Virus record (IMG/VR): IMGVR_UViG_2513237354_000022
Coordinates: 18,379 to 82,378 of that record
Length of the DNA: 64,000 bases
DNA from: a virus
Taxonomy: Duplodnaviria; Caudoviricetes
Strand: one strand, 5' to 3'
Position 1 is the stretch's first letter; each line of letters begins with the position of its first letter. The translations under genes and the position numbers were made by a program. Shown here one piece after another: positions 35,944 through 45,857 of the stretch. Under the pieces are notes generated by a model. The model did no database searches. It saw nothing but the letters and a program-made list of their open reading frames with translations, and was not told the origin of the DNA.

Positions 35944-37261
35944 TCTCTATGTCCTCGTCGGTAATGGATGCCCCGATGCCGGTGACGTCAGAGTTTTCGC
36001 GCAGGTCGGTCATCGCCGCCTTACGCGTCATCAATCCGTCGCCCAGCGCGGTACTGATCGCGTTGGTGGTGTTTACGGCCACCGTTGAGCGGTCAACGTC
36101 AGACATTTGCCATAGCGGGTTAAACTCAAACGTGAAATCGTCCGGCAGCGGCTTACCGAGTTCCGAGCGGTGCATAATATCCAGTATCCGGCGCATCGGC
36201 AGCCGTAAGCGGCGCTCCTGCAATGAGCTCACCCGGTCGTAATAGTTGGCGAGGTCTGCATCACCAGTAGAGAAGCCTTTCGGGGATTGACCGAACAGGC
36301 GTACCAGCGGGATACCAACGGCACCGCTGATCTGCTCAGCGAACTGCGAAAGAATGTCATCCAGACCACTGAAGCTGTACTGGTGGGTTTCGAAGGTATC
36401 CTTGGCATCCATCAGCGTCATGCCTTCATTGCTCTGAAACTGGCGGATCAGATCAATGTTTTTCAGCAACGCCTCGAATGCCTGGCCACCCAGCGCAATA
36501 AGCTCACGGAGTTTTTCCACTTTGTAGGTCCGCAGATGCGCTTTGTAGACCAGCTGCGCCGCGCCGACAGTAGCGCTGTCGAACGCAGTGAGCCGATCCC
36601 AGATACGCTCTACAACCGACATTCCCCATTCGTTTTCGGTCATCTTCTGCTGGAATGGCAGCGTCACCCCGTCGAAGCGAATCAGGCGGCTGTGATGGAT
36701 GCGCCAGGCCGGAATGCCCGTTGCGGTGGTCACCACGTCGTAAAACTCAGGCTTACCGAGATCTGGCCCCATCTCTTTGATGCGGCGGGTCAGGACCGGG
36801 TTAATCATCCAGCGGTCGAGCGGGAGAATACCCTTAAATTTGCCCTCGCCAATGGTTTCGAGCCGCAGCGGAGTCATTGGTGCCTGCCCCTCAATCATGA
36901 TGAATCCGACCGCGCCGCCGTAGAGACGCGACCATTTCAGCACGTCGTTCAGCGCATCCCAGATCTGCAATTCATCCAGCTGCGCTTCGAGGGTGCCACG
37001 GTCTTTTGCGTCAATCTCCGAAGTGATTCGGATGCCTTTGCGGGTCATGTCGTCCGGGATAGCGTCGACCGCTTCGCCGATAACCCACGAACCGCGATAT
37101 GACCATTCCACCAGCATGCGGTTGCGGCTGGTGAAGTTCGCCCGGTAGGTCGATGCTGAATGCTGGTTAGGCGTCTGCATCCCCACGCGGGCGACAAAGT
37201 TTTCGTAGCCATCAGCGGTGGCCTGCGCCGTTCGCTGAGAGGCTTGCTTGTTTCGTGCCAT
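35792..37261 (-). CDS. Portal protein (DUF1073 type)
   Basis: RIHHSRLIRF, IPLVRLFGQSPKG, DLANYYD. Confidence 0.88.
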   Translation of the reverse strand: MARNKQASQRTAQATADGYENFVARVGMQTPNQHSASTYRANFTSRNRMLVEWSYRGSWVIGEAVDAIPDDMTRKGIRITSEIDAKDRGTLEAQLDELQIWDALNDVLKWSRLYGGAVGFIMIEGQAPMTPLRLETIGEGKFKGILPLDRWMINPVLTRRIKEMGPDLGKPEFYDVVTTATGIPAWRIHHSRLIRFDGVTLPFQQKMTENEWGMSVVERIWDRLTAFDSATVGAAQLVYKAHLRTYKVEKLRELIALGGQAFEALLKNIDLIRQFQSNEGMTLMDAKDTFETHQYSFSGLDDILSQFAEQISGAVGIPLVRLFGQSPKGFSTGDADLANYYDRVSSLQERRLRLPMRRILDIMHRSELGKPLPDDFTFEFNPLWQMSDVDRSTVAVNTTNAISTALGDGLMTRKAAMTDLRENSDVTGIGASITDEDIENAEDEAPPGIGELGDKPPESPGGDPISNEPTADSAGGRGYRKWALRWFKR

Positions 37262-38889
37262 CAGGCCTGTCTCCCTAGCAGCTCCCAGATGTTCAGGGCT
37301 GAATTCATTGGCGCGTAGCTGATCATCACCGAGTCAGCGAGGTTCGGCGACTTGGTGCCATCAGGCTGTTTATCAACAACGATTTTCCCCACGCCGTTAA
37401 TGGAGTAGGTCGGCTGCGAAAGCTCGATGATGAGCTTGTCTTTGCTCGCCATGGCGCTGCTGATTGAGATGATTTCGTCCGGGTTGTAGGCCATGCCCTC
37501 AACCACGGCGCGATAGGTGTTCTGGAAAAGCTTGCGTAGCCGCCACCAGCTCTGGGCCTTGGCGTTAGCGAAGAAGTCCTTGTTCAGGCGCGCGGCCTGT
37601 CCGTTGTCCCCTCGCACGGCTTCGTCGTCCGGATCAAATACCGCGCCGCTACCGCGAAACGGTGTAGCGAGTATTGATGGTCGGCGCGCAGCGTTACGCA
37701 GTTCGTTAATAGCGCGCGCATCGCCGCGAACACCAGCACCAAGGCCGTCCTCGTCGAATCGAAACTCTTCGAGGTTGTCCTGTTCGCAGAAGCCGAAGAC
37801 CTTCTCAACGGACTGGTAAATGTCGCTGCCCACGCCGGACCATTCCCGCACGTTCTCCAGCAGGAAGCCGTGACGGGTCGAAAAGGCGTTTTTGTCCCGG
37901 CCTTCGTCGGCGACGTCCATCGCGCCCAGTCGTTTGCCCGTTGGCTGAATACCCAGTTTGATATGCGCGTCGACGGCAGCCTGTACCCAGTCGGACGGGA
38001 TCAGGACACCTTCCGCTGATGCGCTGTAGTTCAGGTCAAGTTCCTGCGCCACCACCACCGGATTGTCGATTTTCTCGCATTCCCTGCGATACCACTCTTC
38101 ATCCTTGCGCGGGTCGTTTCGCCAGTGGAATGTGAATACCGGTATTTTCCCGCCGTGACGCTTCTGTGCGAACGGGTTCGCCATGCCGTTAACCGAACTC
38201 AGGTCGATACGGCAGCGGGTGGTTTGCGACAGCGCCGCGTCGATCAGCAGAGGACGCTGGAGGAATGCAGCCTCATCCACCAGGTAGAGCGTGGTACGGT
38301 CACCACGGCCGATATTGTCGCCAGCCTCGCCTTTGATGACCGCGCCAGTATCTGGAAACTCAACGCGCATGTACGGCGCGTGCTTCTTCTCGTCCCACGA
38401 ACCGCGAAACTCAACGGGCAGCGTTTCCACGAACTTGCGCGCCTTCCAGAACAGCGCCTTCGGGTCACCGGTGCTGTCGACGTATTCCTCTTTACGGGAG
38501 CCGAAGCCGATAACCATTTCTTTGTTGAACAAGCAGAGCGAGCAGGCCAGCCCGATCGCCGTCCAGCTGAGCCCCATTTCGCGGCTCTTTTCGGTGATGC
38601 CGTTCTCCAGCTTTTCGCGCCGCTCCATGATCCAGTGAATCCACTCTTCCTGTTTCGGGAACAGCAGAAAAGGGATGGTGACCGGCAGGCCATAATCGAT
38701 GTTACGTGGGTCTGTCGTCATGCCCCAGTCGATAATGAACTGGGCCGGGTTGGTGCGGTAAAACTGCTTAAGAGCTGGCAGCATTTCGGGGTTCTGGCGA
38801 ATGCGCTGTAAGCGCTCCATCCGCCATTCAAAAACCATCTGGTAATCAGGGTTCCTGAAATCGAATTCAAACGGGAGAGGCATGATCAC
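37261..38889 (-). CDS. Terminase large subunit (prophage 2)
   Basis: [10 protein letters not shown] Walker A variant, [22 protein letters not shown]. Confidence 0.9.
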   Translation of the reverse strand: MIMPLPFEFDFRNPDYQMVFEWRMERLQRIRQNPEMLPALKQFYRTNPAQFIIDWGMTTDPRNIDYGLPVTIPFLLFPKQEEWIHWIMERREKLENGITEKSREMGLSWTAIGLACSLCLFNKEMVIGFGSRKEEYVDSTGDPKALFWKARKFVETLPVEFRGSWDEKKHAPYMRVEFPDTGAVIKGEAGDNIGRGDRTTLYLVDEAAFLQRPLLIDAALSQTTRCRIDLSSVNGMANPFAQKRHGGKIPVFTFHWRNDPRKDEEWYRRECEKIDNPVVVAQELDLNYSASAEGVLIPSDWVQAAVDAHIKLGIQPTGKRLGAMDVADEGRDKNAFSTRHGFLLENVREWSGVGSDIYQSVEKVFGFCEQDNLEEFRFDEDGLGAGVRGDARAINELRNAARRPSILATPFRGSGAVFDPDDEAVRGDNGQAARLNKDFFANAKAQSWWRLRKLFQNTYRAVVEGMAYNPDEIISISSAMASKDKLIIELSQPTYSINGVGKIVVDKQPDGTKSPNLADSVMISYAPMNSALNIWELLGRQA

Positions 38890-39359
38890 CCCATCATCTT
38901 GCGGTAAATCTCTGCGGCCTGATCTGCGGTGAGGTTGGTCGTCTCGGTCTTTATCGGGCCGCCATCCTTGCCAGTGCTCTCAACCTTCAGCTTATTGGTG
39001 TAAGCGTCGCCGACCTCTTTCGCGGCCTGCTCGATAAGCTGCGCCGTCAGGGAGAAGTTTTTCATCCCCTCGGTTTTGGTTGCCATGCGGTCAAGCACGC
39101 GGAGGCGATAGGATTTGTTCGCGATCGGAATGTCGCTGGTTTCGGTCAGGAATCGTTCGCGCGTCGCGTGGAACATCGCGATCCACTTTTTGGCGAGCGT
39201 CTTACCGCTGGCCTTCGTGGGGTCGTGAGATTCAGCCTGCTGGCGGGTGATCTTGATCCCGAATTCTTTTTGGACAGCCTCGACCACCTGCGATGGCGTG
39301 TCATAGCACGCAAGCGACTGAATGATGAAGGCTTTCACATCAGGTTTTAATGCAGCCAT
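38886..39359 (-). CDS. Terminase small subunit (DUF2280 type)
   Basis: [25 protein letters not shown]; [11 protein letters not shown]. Confidence 0.85.
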   Translation of the reverse strand: MAALKPDVKAFIIQSLACYDTPSQVVEAVQKEFGIKITRQQAESHDPTKASGKTLAKKWIAMFHATRERFLTETSDIPIANKSYRLRVLDRMATKTEGMKNFSLTAQLIEQAAKEVGDAYTNKLKVESTGKDGGPIKTETTNLTADQAAEIYRKMMG

Positions 39360-39390
39360 AAATCACCATTCGTCTTATACAGTCCAGTAT

Positions 39391-40011
39391 TTAAGCCAGT
39401 CGCAGCATGCACGTCCCGCACGCTCTGGCAATATCGAGATGAGCAACCTCCGCTGGCTGATTCGCCGCATCAATCATTTCCTGCACGTCCCGGCTCGCAC
39501 CGTAACGGCGAACCACGCCTACAAACTCTTCAACATCGTGGCCGCGCAGCTTCAGCTTTGGCTGCCCTTCCTGCGTGAACTTCGGCGCGCCAAATTCATC
39601 TGTCGCCTGGCAGATGTGGTAAAGCTCGTGCTCTATCAGCGCGCAGAATTCCAGATCGGAACATTGCGAACAGTAATCGGCGGCCAACGTGATGATGAAC
39701 TGCGGCGCCCTGCCGAACCATTCATACATCTGCTGCTCCATCCGCGCTTTCTGCCATCCCCCAGCCCGCATTGCCACTTCTTCCGCCTGCCCCAGCACGG
39801 AACGCCCTTTCTTCTCGAAAGTGTTCGACGCCCAGAGAAAGCACAGATCCGCTTCAAGCAAATGCTGGTGGTCAGGGTTGTAGAGGTCGCCCTCATCGCT
39901 CAGGATGTGCTGATTCAGCCACTCGCCAACGTCATTGGCGGGCATTATGCTGATGTACGGCTTCGGGTCAGGTGGCATCGTAAAATGCGCTGGTGGATGT
40001 GGTCTGTTCAT
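39391..40011 (-). CDS. Putative phage metallopeptidase
   Basis: LIEHELYH (HExxH) and GHDVEEF. Confidence 0.8.
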   Translation of the reverse strand: MNRPHPPAHFTMPPDPKPYISIMPANDVGEWLNQHILSDEGDLYNPDHQHLLEADLCFLWASNTFEKKGRSVLGQAEEVAMRAGGWQKARMEQQMYEWFGRAPQFIITLAADYCSQCSDLEFCALIEHELYHICQATDEFGAPKFTQEGQPKLKLRGHDVEEFVGVVRRYGASRDVQEMIDAANQPAEVAHLDIARACGTCMLRLA

Positions 40012-40065
40012 GAATAATTCCAGTGCTCCATTATCGAAGCCCCTCAGTGAAGGGCTTCTGTAATG

Positions 40066-40251
40066 TCAGTCCCGGACGAACGTAACCTTTGTGGTTATCA
40101 TTCGCCGTACAAGGCGCGTCGCTTCGCGTTGCATTTCATCAATTACTTTTGGCGTCAGCGGCTGATGCGCATATTTGCGCTCAATCTCTGCAAAAATCCC
40201 GTTCAGCGCCTCGCTGTCTGGTGGGATAACTTCAACGTTTAATCGTGCCAT
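40066..40251 (-). CDS. Small hypothetical phage protein
   Basis: MARLNVEVIPPD, 61 aa, follows the spanins and precedes a hairpin at ~40037-40059. Confidence 0.55.
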   Translation of the reverse strand: MARLNVEVIPPDSEALNGIFAEIERKYAHQPLTPKVIDEMQREATRLVRRMITTKVTFVRD

Positions 40252-40510
40252 CGGTTTGTCCTGCCCTGTTGTTCTCGAATGTCCTGATATCAGCCTTATC
40301 CCTGTTGCACTGCGCCAGCGCTGACAGCAGCGCAACATTCAGGTTAAGGCTTGCTCCCCACGTAAACGGGTCGGGTAAATCTGGCTGGGGTGTTTCATCC
40401 GTCAGGCTGGCTGGTAACGGAACTACCGGAACCGGCACGTAGACCGTCCGCGTAGTCGTGCAGCCGCTTAACTGCGCCAGAAGGCACAACACGAACAGCA
40501 CAATCATCAT
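40232..40510 (-). CDS. o-spanin lipoprotein (Rz1-like)
   Basis: MMIVLFVLCLLAQLSGC lipobox; Pro-rich; CNRDKADIR. Confidence 0.8.
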   Translation of the reverse strand: MMIVLFVLCLLAQLSGCTTTRTVYVPVPVVPLPASLTDETPQPDLPDPFTWGASLNLNVALLSALAQCNRDKADIRTFENNRAGQTDGTIKR

Positions 40511-40787
40511 CCGCAACAGCAGCCTTGATATCGTTCTCGGCTCTCTGTGACTCCAGTGCGATCTGCTGCTTGGCATGTTGATTTGTCTCCAGAATGATGT
40601 TCGTTATTGCTACGGTGCGCAGGACATTCGCGGTGATGGTCTCAGAGGAATCAGCGCGCTGTTCTGCATCGTCAGCGCGACGCTGTTCCTCCAGAAACTT
40701 TCCATGGTAGTGATCCGCTGACCAGACAAGACCGCCTGCAATACAGGCGATAAACGTCACAATGAGCACCCAATAACTCATTTTCAT
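40395..40787 (-). CDS. i-spanin (Rz-like)
   Basis: N-terminal TM plus coiled coil, overlapping the o-spanin. Confidence 0.8.
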   Translation of the reverse strand: MKMSYWVLIVTFIACIAGGLVWSADHYHGKFLEEQRRADDAEQRADSSETITANVLRTVAITNIILETNQHAKQQIALESQRAENDIKAAVADDDCAVRVVPSGAVKRLHDYADGLRAGSGSSVTSQPDG

Positions 40788-41398
40788 ACCAGCAGCGCCG
40801 CCCGCGCTTTGTTGTAGCGGATCTTGCGGTCATCAATGCCATTCAGGCCGCCGTTAATGATGCGCGTAACACGAGTAATATCGGCACCGTAGGCCATGCA
40901 ACCTTTGGATGTGAAGAACCAGGCGGCAGAGCGTGCTGCCTGAAGTTCCTGTTCGAGCTGTTCAGGTGAAGTAACGAGGTCTAACTTCAGCGCCGCCCCG
41001 CAGGTGCGATAATTGTCGAGGCCAGTGATTTGAATTAACCCTCTGCCGCGATATTTCCAGCCGTCGCATGGCGCTTTGTTACCCAGGCGGTTGCTATACA
41101 CCAGATTGGCGATGGCATCCTGGCGGGCTGCGTGTTCGGTTGTTCTGCCAAGCGCATCAGCCTGCTGCTGTGTGATCCTCTTTCCGAAGGTCGCCACCAG
41201 CGCAGATGGTGTGTAGTTCAAATTTTCTACTACAGCGCTAAAGCCGTCTGACTCATGACCTACCTGAGCGATGAACATGGCCTGATCCGCTGGCGCTGTA
41301 ATGCCGAATTCTTTCATCGCCGCATCCACTGGCTGAAACCAGCGCGCAGCTAACCCGGCGCTGATACCAGCCGCCATTTGAAATTGAGATTGATTCAT
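40784..41398 (-). CDS. Endolysin, glycoside hydrolase family 19
   Basis: AQVGHES, YRGRGLIQITG, INGGLNG; homologous to 14310-14930. Confidence 0.92.
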   Translation of the reverse strand: MNQSQFQMAAGISAGLAARWFQPVDAAMKEFGITAPADQAMFIAQVGHESDGFSAVVENLNYTPSALVATFGKRITQQQADALGRTTEHAARQDAIANLVYSNRLGNKAPCDGWKYRGRGLIQITGLDNYRTCGAALKLDLVTSPEQLEQELQAARSAAWFFTSKGCMAYGADITRVTRIINGGLNGIDDRKIRYNKARAALLV

Positions 41399-41727
41399 TT
41401 ATTTTCCTCAGTGCTGCCGACTCCGGCACGTCTGGCAACGATAGCGAGCGCCATGTCACGAAGTCTGTCCGCCCCAACAAACCCGACGAGCGCACCAACG
41501 AATGCCCCTGAATTAGCAGGCAACCCTAGGTATTCCAGCAATGCGGAAACAGCCAGCGCGAATATGCCGCAGATTAGCGCGCCAGTGGCGGTGTAGAGTT
41601 TCGGCTTCCCTGCGCGTATGTCGATAAGCGCTGAGATGCCCAGAGCGCATAACCCGGCGTAAACTGACGGCAGATATAGCGCGATCCATTTCATTGTTTG
41701 TTCGAAAATCCCGTGAGTGCTATTCAT
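41395..41727 (-). CDS. Holin, lambda family
   Basis: Multi-TM, GFVGAD; closely similar to 14927-15253. Confidence 0.87.
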   Translation of the reverse strand: MNSTHGIFEQTMKWIALYLPSVYAGLCALGISALIDIRAGKPKLYTATGALICGIFALAVSALLEYLGLPANSGAFVGALVGFVGADRLRDMALAIVARRAGVGSTEENK

Positions 41728-41801
41728 AGGTTCACCTCGCCTGTTTGCGGGTGCTGTGTGCGAAACTGGAATAAACCCAAATGCAATGGGCTAAGAGGGT
41801 A

Positions 41802-42416
41802 CTAAACGCGGCGGAAAGCGTACGAAGCGACGCCCTTACGCCCTAACTGGCATTCGATGGTGTTCTGTTCGGCGCATTCGAAGCCCTGCTCAGCAAACCA
41901 ACCCTTAATACCGTCGTCAGTGAAATACCAGATGTGCTCGTTCTTCCTGAAATGGTGCGAGCGAAGAATGTCTCCGGCATCGGTAAAAATGGGGATCGAC
42001 ACGAACACGTATTCACTGGCCTGCTGTACCGCCAGCTCCGGCTCGTCGATGTGCTCCAGTACATCCCACATCGTCAGCGCGCGCCACTGACTGGCGTAGA
42101 GGTCAGCGAATGCGCCCCGCTCGTTCAGCCAGGCAACGCCAGCAGGATTAACGTCAAACCCAAACGTTCCCGCTCGGGAAGAAACGAACTGACCGGCACC
42201 GATACCAACGTCCAGAACCGGTCCATGATAGTGACGTTCCACCAGCTCAATTCTGGACTGCGTTAATGCGCGCCCGGTTTCGGTATCAGCCAGCAGCTGA
42301 TATTTCGCAAAATACTGCTCGTCATACGGGCGAGATGCCGGAACCGAATAACGACCGATGCCCAGCTCCGGGAGGAATACCAACCCGCTGTTCAGTTCCT
42401 GATAAAACGACTTCAT
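41802..42416 (-). CDS. Class I SAM-dependent methyltransferase (cassette copy 2)
   Basis: VLDVGIGAGQF, GFDVN, TMWDVLEHI. Confidence 0.85.
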   Translation of the reverse strand: MKSFYQELNSGLVFLPELGIGRYSVPASRPYDEQYFAKYQLLADTETGRALTQSRIELVERHYHGPVLDVGIGAGQFVSSRAGTFGFDVNPAGVAWLNERGAFADLYASQWRALTMWDVLEHIDEPELAVQQASEYVFVSIPIFTDAGDILRSHHFRKNEHIWYFTDDGIKGWFAEQGFECAEQNTIECQLGRKGVASYAFRRV

Positions 42417-43263
42417 TCAGCCAGGCCTCGAATTTTGAATCAAAGTTGGAGATGCGTTTGTCACAATGGTGATCCCACGCTTCGCAGCGACAATAATTGT
42501 CCGGTATTGCCCAGCCAACGCGGGATAAATCCATCGCCGGATCGGTGACTATCTCGGGAGCGTTATGCCCGCCGCGCCCACCAGCGACAACGTAAATAGG
42601 TGTTTTGTACGCAATGGCAGCGGGCAGCGCCCAGCCGACAGGCGAAACCACGACAGCTGCATGCTCTACCAGGCGCATCAGCTCTTTGATATTGAGCTCG
42701 CCAGCGTGCATTTTCAGATCTGCTTCTGGTTCTTCACCCACCAGCCACTCTTCCCCGTCCTGCAAATCAGCAACGCTAATCACGCAGAAATGTTTCCGCA
42801 GGATTCTCGATGCGCGCAGGAGGTAATCGGGGTCAGGGTTTCGGGAGTCGCTACGCCATTCAGAACGAACCGTTGCCGGACGAATAACGGCGATCGGCTT
42901 TTGGTGCGTAAACTGCGCCGGTCCAAAGGATGGCAAATCAAGCGCTGCTGGCGTTACACCGAACTGACGGCGCATCGCATCGAATATTGAACCGCGCCGC
43001 AGATCATCCGGACCGTAAAATATTCGCTTCGTCTGGCGTGGTGATGGCGGCGGATAAAACTTTGCGGAGCTGCGGAACTCATTTTTTCGCTGCGTCCTTA
43101 GCGCGGTATCACTTCGGACAGCTTTTACTGGCAGGTCTTCGTAAAGCTCCGGCCATGCCGTCTTGATGAATGTCCCCGCAGGCAGCTGTTTGACGAAAGC
43201 GCGCTGGTAAATGGTGTCTCCCATTCCCAGCATGCCATCGATGTAAATAGGAGGATTCAGCAT
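42322..43263 (-). CDS. GT9-like glycosyltransferase (cassette copy 2)
   Basis: GMGDTIYQRAF; LNIKELMRLVEHAAVVVSPVGWALPAAIAYKTPIYVV; shared C-terminal Cys/His motif CRC...H.CD.RI. Confidence 0.65.
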   Translation of the reverse strand: MLNPPIYIDGMLGMGDTIYQRAFVKQLPAGTFIKTAWPELYEDLPVKAVRSDTALRTQRKNEFRSSAKFYPPPSPRQTKRIFYGPDDLRRGSIFDAMRRQFGVTPAALDLPSFGPAQFTHQKPIAVIRPATVRSEWRSDSRNPDPDYLLRASRILRKHFCVISVADLQDGEEWLVGEEPEADLKMHAGELNIKELMRLVEHAAVVVSPVGWALPAAIAYKTPIYVVAGGRGGHNAPEIVTDPAMDLSRVGWAIPDNYCRCEAWDHHCDKRISNFDSKFEAWLNEVVLSGTEQRVGIPPGAGHRSLFGSGISPV

Positions 43264-43808
43264 GTAACCTCGCTGATCGCCGCTTCAAGAGGTAGACGAC
43301 GAAAGCAATTAAGCGCCGTCTGGCGGCTGCTATTGATGATTTGGACGCTTCCACGCAGCTGCGCCGCAACCCGGGCAAACTCGCCATGCCAGCGCTTTAC
43401 GTTCGCCGCTGTCGGGTTATCGAGAACTGTATGATCGCCGTGCCAGTGGCTGCCGTTCGAGATTGAGCAATCGAAGCCCAGCAGAATGATGCGCTTTGCG
43501 CCCAGCCATTGAGCGAACAGGATCGCTCTCTGTCCCGAATTGAATGTGCCGCTAGTATCTGTCGGGAAGAGGTTCACGCCGTATCGGGTGTGTGCTCTCC
43601 GGTTACATGACCAGCGTTCGGGGCCATCAGGCAGCGCGGGAATGTTCACATCCCACCAGCGCAGATCGCCAGCGTAAATGTGGGTGCATTCCAGTATGGT
43701 TCGCCATGATGAATTAACCGCTATCACAGGAAACCCTGAGCGCGCAGCTATTTGACAGTCAGCGGGAGTAAGGGACGGACCAGAAGCGCAGATGATCGCC
43801 GTGTGCAT
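43257..43808 (-). CDS. WaaZ/Maf(DUF115)/CstII-fold putative glycosyltransferase (cassette copy 2)
   Basis: ICASGPSL, VIAVNSS, YAGD, NSGQRA, IILLGFD, HWH, IINSS. Confidence 0.6.
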   Translation of the reverse strand: MHTAIICASGPSLTPADCQIAARSGFPVIAVNSSWRTILECTHIYAGDLRWWDVNIPALPDGPERWSCNRRAHTRYGVNLFPTDTSGTFNSGQRAILFAQWLGAKRIILLGFDCSISNGSHWHGDHTVLDNPTAANVKRWHGEFARVAAQLRGSVQIINSSRQTALNCFRRLPLEAAISEVTC

Positions 43809-43838
43809 ACGTTATTCACCCGGTGGCATTGAGCCAAT

Positions 43839-43868
43839 AAAAAAGCCCCTGCATTTCTGCAAGGGCTT
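43839..43868 (-). terminator. Late-leader terminator (tR'-like)
   Basis: AAGCCCTTGCA-GAAA-TGCAGGGGCTTTTTT on the minus strand. Confidence 0.75.
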
Positions 43869-43948
43869 AAATGTGGTTCCCACCGCTCCGCGCAAGGCAT
43901 CTCCGCTGGTGGGTAAGCTCTTTCGCCTTTGACGTCCGAGCATATCTG

Positions 43949-43977
43949 AATTATGCAGTTTCAAAACTCGCTTTCAA
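43949..43977 (-). promoter_or_regulatory. Putative late promoter (pR'-like)
   Basis: TTGAAA-N17-ATAATT overlapping the end of the Q-like gene. Confidence 0.5.
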
Positions 43978-44634
43978 GTCTTTTTCGCAAGTTTTTGCAT
44001 TTTCGAAGCCTAATTCATCTTTTAACGTGAAGAAGACAGCAGAGTTGAACAATTCAATACACCAGCGCACACGGTCAATACATTGCTTTTCGGTCAGAAA
44101 CGGCGCGTAGTAATACTGCATCCATCGTGCCATGCCATTGATGGTTTTCCGCCACGTGTAATAGTCCTTCCCTATCTCATACACGGGATTCCCCGGCTTG
44201 AAGGACTTCAGGATGATAGCCTCCATGAATGCAGCTTCCTCCTGGTCTCCGGCATTGCCGATCAGGTCAGAAAGCGATTTCTTCGGCCAGATGATGGCTT
44301 TCGCCTGCTCAAACAACGCATCGCCGGTATAGCCAATTTTACGCAGACCAGACAGCACGGTAGCGATCCGCTCCTGCTGCTCGCCAGTCCAGCCGGTTAA
44401 TATCATTGACCACATACCACCGCCACCAGAAAGGTGCTCTGTCCCGCTGCCCCCGTACATGCCACCCCAGTGGTTCAGCAACGAACGAACCCAACGGCTT
44501 TGCGATGGTGTCAGTCGGCGATATTTCCCCAGGTAAGATCTGCGTGGAGCTGCTGCCAGCGTCACCCAGGCGTTTTGCGGGTTGGTACGCTCAACAGACG
44601 CTTTCTGGTAATTGTTAATGTCGTTGCGTGTCAT
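43951..44634 (-). CDS. Late antitermination protein Q-like
   Basis: Position after rusA and before a promoter, terminator and lysis genes; LTPSQSRWVRSLLNHWG...RVRWCIELF. Confidence 0.7.
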   Translation of the reverse strand: MTRNDINNYQKASVERTNPQNAWVTLAAAPRRSYLGKYRRLTPSQSRWVRSLLNHWGGMYGGSGTEHLSGGGGMWSMILTGWTGEQQERIATVLSGLRKIGYTGDALFEQAKAIIWPKKSLSDLIGNAGDQEEAAFMEAIILKSFKPGNPVYEIGKDYYTWRKTINGMARWMQYYYAPFLTEKQCIDRVRWCIELFNSAVFFTLKDELGFENAKTCEKDLKASFETA

Positions 44635-44990
44635 TCTGCATTCTCCTGGATAATGATCTGGCCTGTCTCTCCCCATCGTTTCGTTACCCTGCCGTCCCAT
44701 ATCCGACAGTCATCATCGAATATCGCATCCAGTAACGCTTTCTCCAGATTGTCCTTATCCGGCTTAGTCTGGTGAGGCTGTCCGTCATGCTGCTGACGCT
44801 TCTTCTTACTCCAGCTTTTCGGCATGGGCAGAACGAATGTTATGTGGTAACCGGATTCCGGGAGGGTTATACCAAGACGGCGCACCTGAGCTTTAAAGAA
44901 CCAGTAGGCGGAGGTTTCTGGCCTGCTGCGCCAGCGATCGCTTCGGGTCATGCGAGGCTTGGCGACAGGAGTGATATCGTAAATTTTCAT
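44631..44990 (-). CDS. rusA: RusA-family Holliday junction resolvase
   Basis: KPDKDNLEKALLDAIFDDD motif. Confidence 0.85.
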   Translation of the reverse strand: MKIYDITPVAKPRMTRSDRWRSRPETSAYWFFKAQVRRLGITLPESGYHITFVLPMPKSWSKKKRQQHDGQPHQTKPDKDNLEKALLDAIFDDDCRIWDGRVTKRWGETGQIIIQENAE

Positions 44991-45280
44991 GCTGGCACCA
45001 CCAGCCCAAGGCGGGCTATCTGGATAACGGTCAGAACGATAGCGCGGTCCATAAGCTGGCGACGTTCGTCGCGCGATAGTTTGCTCCCGTTGTCGATGCT
45101 GTCGTGGCAGCAAACGCAGATCGCCGCTGTGGCGCAATCATCAGCTTTCAGGCCCATACCTTTTGACTCGTTTCGATGTGCAACTTGGGTTCCCCAAGAT
45201 CCACACAGAACACAGCATTCAATTTGTCCAACGGCTGCAAGCCACTTTTTACTGCGATAGGTTTTTTGTTTAAGCATCAT
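44987..45280 (-). CDS. DUF1364/YbcO-like Zn-binding nuclease-family protein
   Basis: CVLCG...VAHRN..KGMGLK.DD...C..CHD.ID. Confidence 0.75.
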   Translation of the reverse strand: MMLKQKTYRSKKWLAAVGQIECCVLCGSWGTQVAHRNESKGMGLKADDCATAAICVCCHDSIDNGSKLSRDERRQLMDRAIVLTVIQIARLGLVVPA

Positions 45281-45857
45281 GCACCTCATACTTAAACGAA
45301 TAACCATGGCTACTGGCGTAGATACCGTTGCAACAGCGAGGAATAGATCCTGACGGGATGCAGAGCTCTCTTGCTGCTTCTGCTGCGCTACCAAATCTGG
45401 TTATTACGCCGCTATGCAAGCATGTAGCTACAACCGATTTAGAGCTATGGTGCTTATCACCCAGCTTTCCTTTATGTCCGCCTCTGGATTTTTTACCCAA
45501 GGAATCGAACGAGTGCTGGATATTCTCCTGGCAAGTAACCCATTCAAGGTTTTCCAGCCGATTGTCATCGCGAATACCGTTTAAGTGATTTACCTGCTCA
45601 CCCTCAGCGGGTTCACGCATAAAAACTGATGCGATCAAACGATGCAGTTTTACCCGCTTTGATACTCCATCTTTCAACAGGCTAATGGCTACATAACCAG
45701 TATTGCCGTCCCTGTATGGTTTAAGAACACGCCCCTTTCGAAACTGCCCGCGACAATCCACCCTGTCCAGAGAGCGCACCATCCCCGATGGGCATGCCTG
45801 ATAGAGACCTTCAAATCCCGGTACGTCTTTCCATAATTCACGCTCAAACATGATCAT
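45270..45857 (-). CDS. NUMOD4-HNH homing endonuclease
   Basis: WKDVPGFEGLYQ (NUMOD4); LHRLIA...VNHLNG.RDDNRLENLEW (HNH); C-terminal FGSAAEAARE. Confidence 0.88.
   Translation of the reverse strand: MIMFERELWKDVPGFEGLYQACPSGMVRSLDRVDCRGQFRKGRVLKPYRDGNTGYVAISLLKDGVSKRVKLHRLIASVFMREPAEGEQVNHLNGIRDDNRLENLEWVTCQENIQHSFDSLGKKSRGGHKGKLGDKHHSSKSVVATCLHSGVITRFGSAAEAARELCIPSGSIPRCCNGIYASSHGYSFKYEVHDA

Noticed and set aside
39391-40011. Metallopeptidase as a novelty
   Set aside because: A common gene between lysis and terS in enterobacterial prophages.
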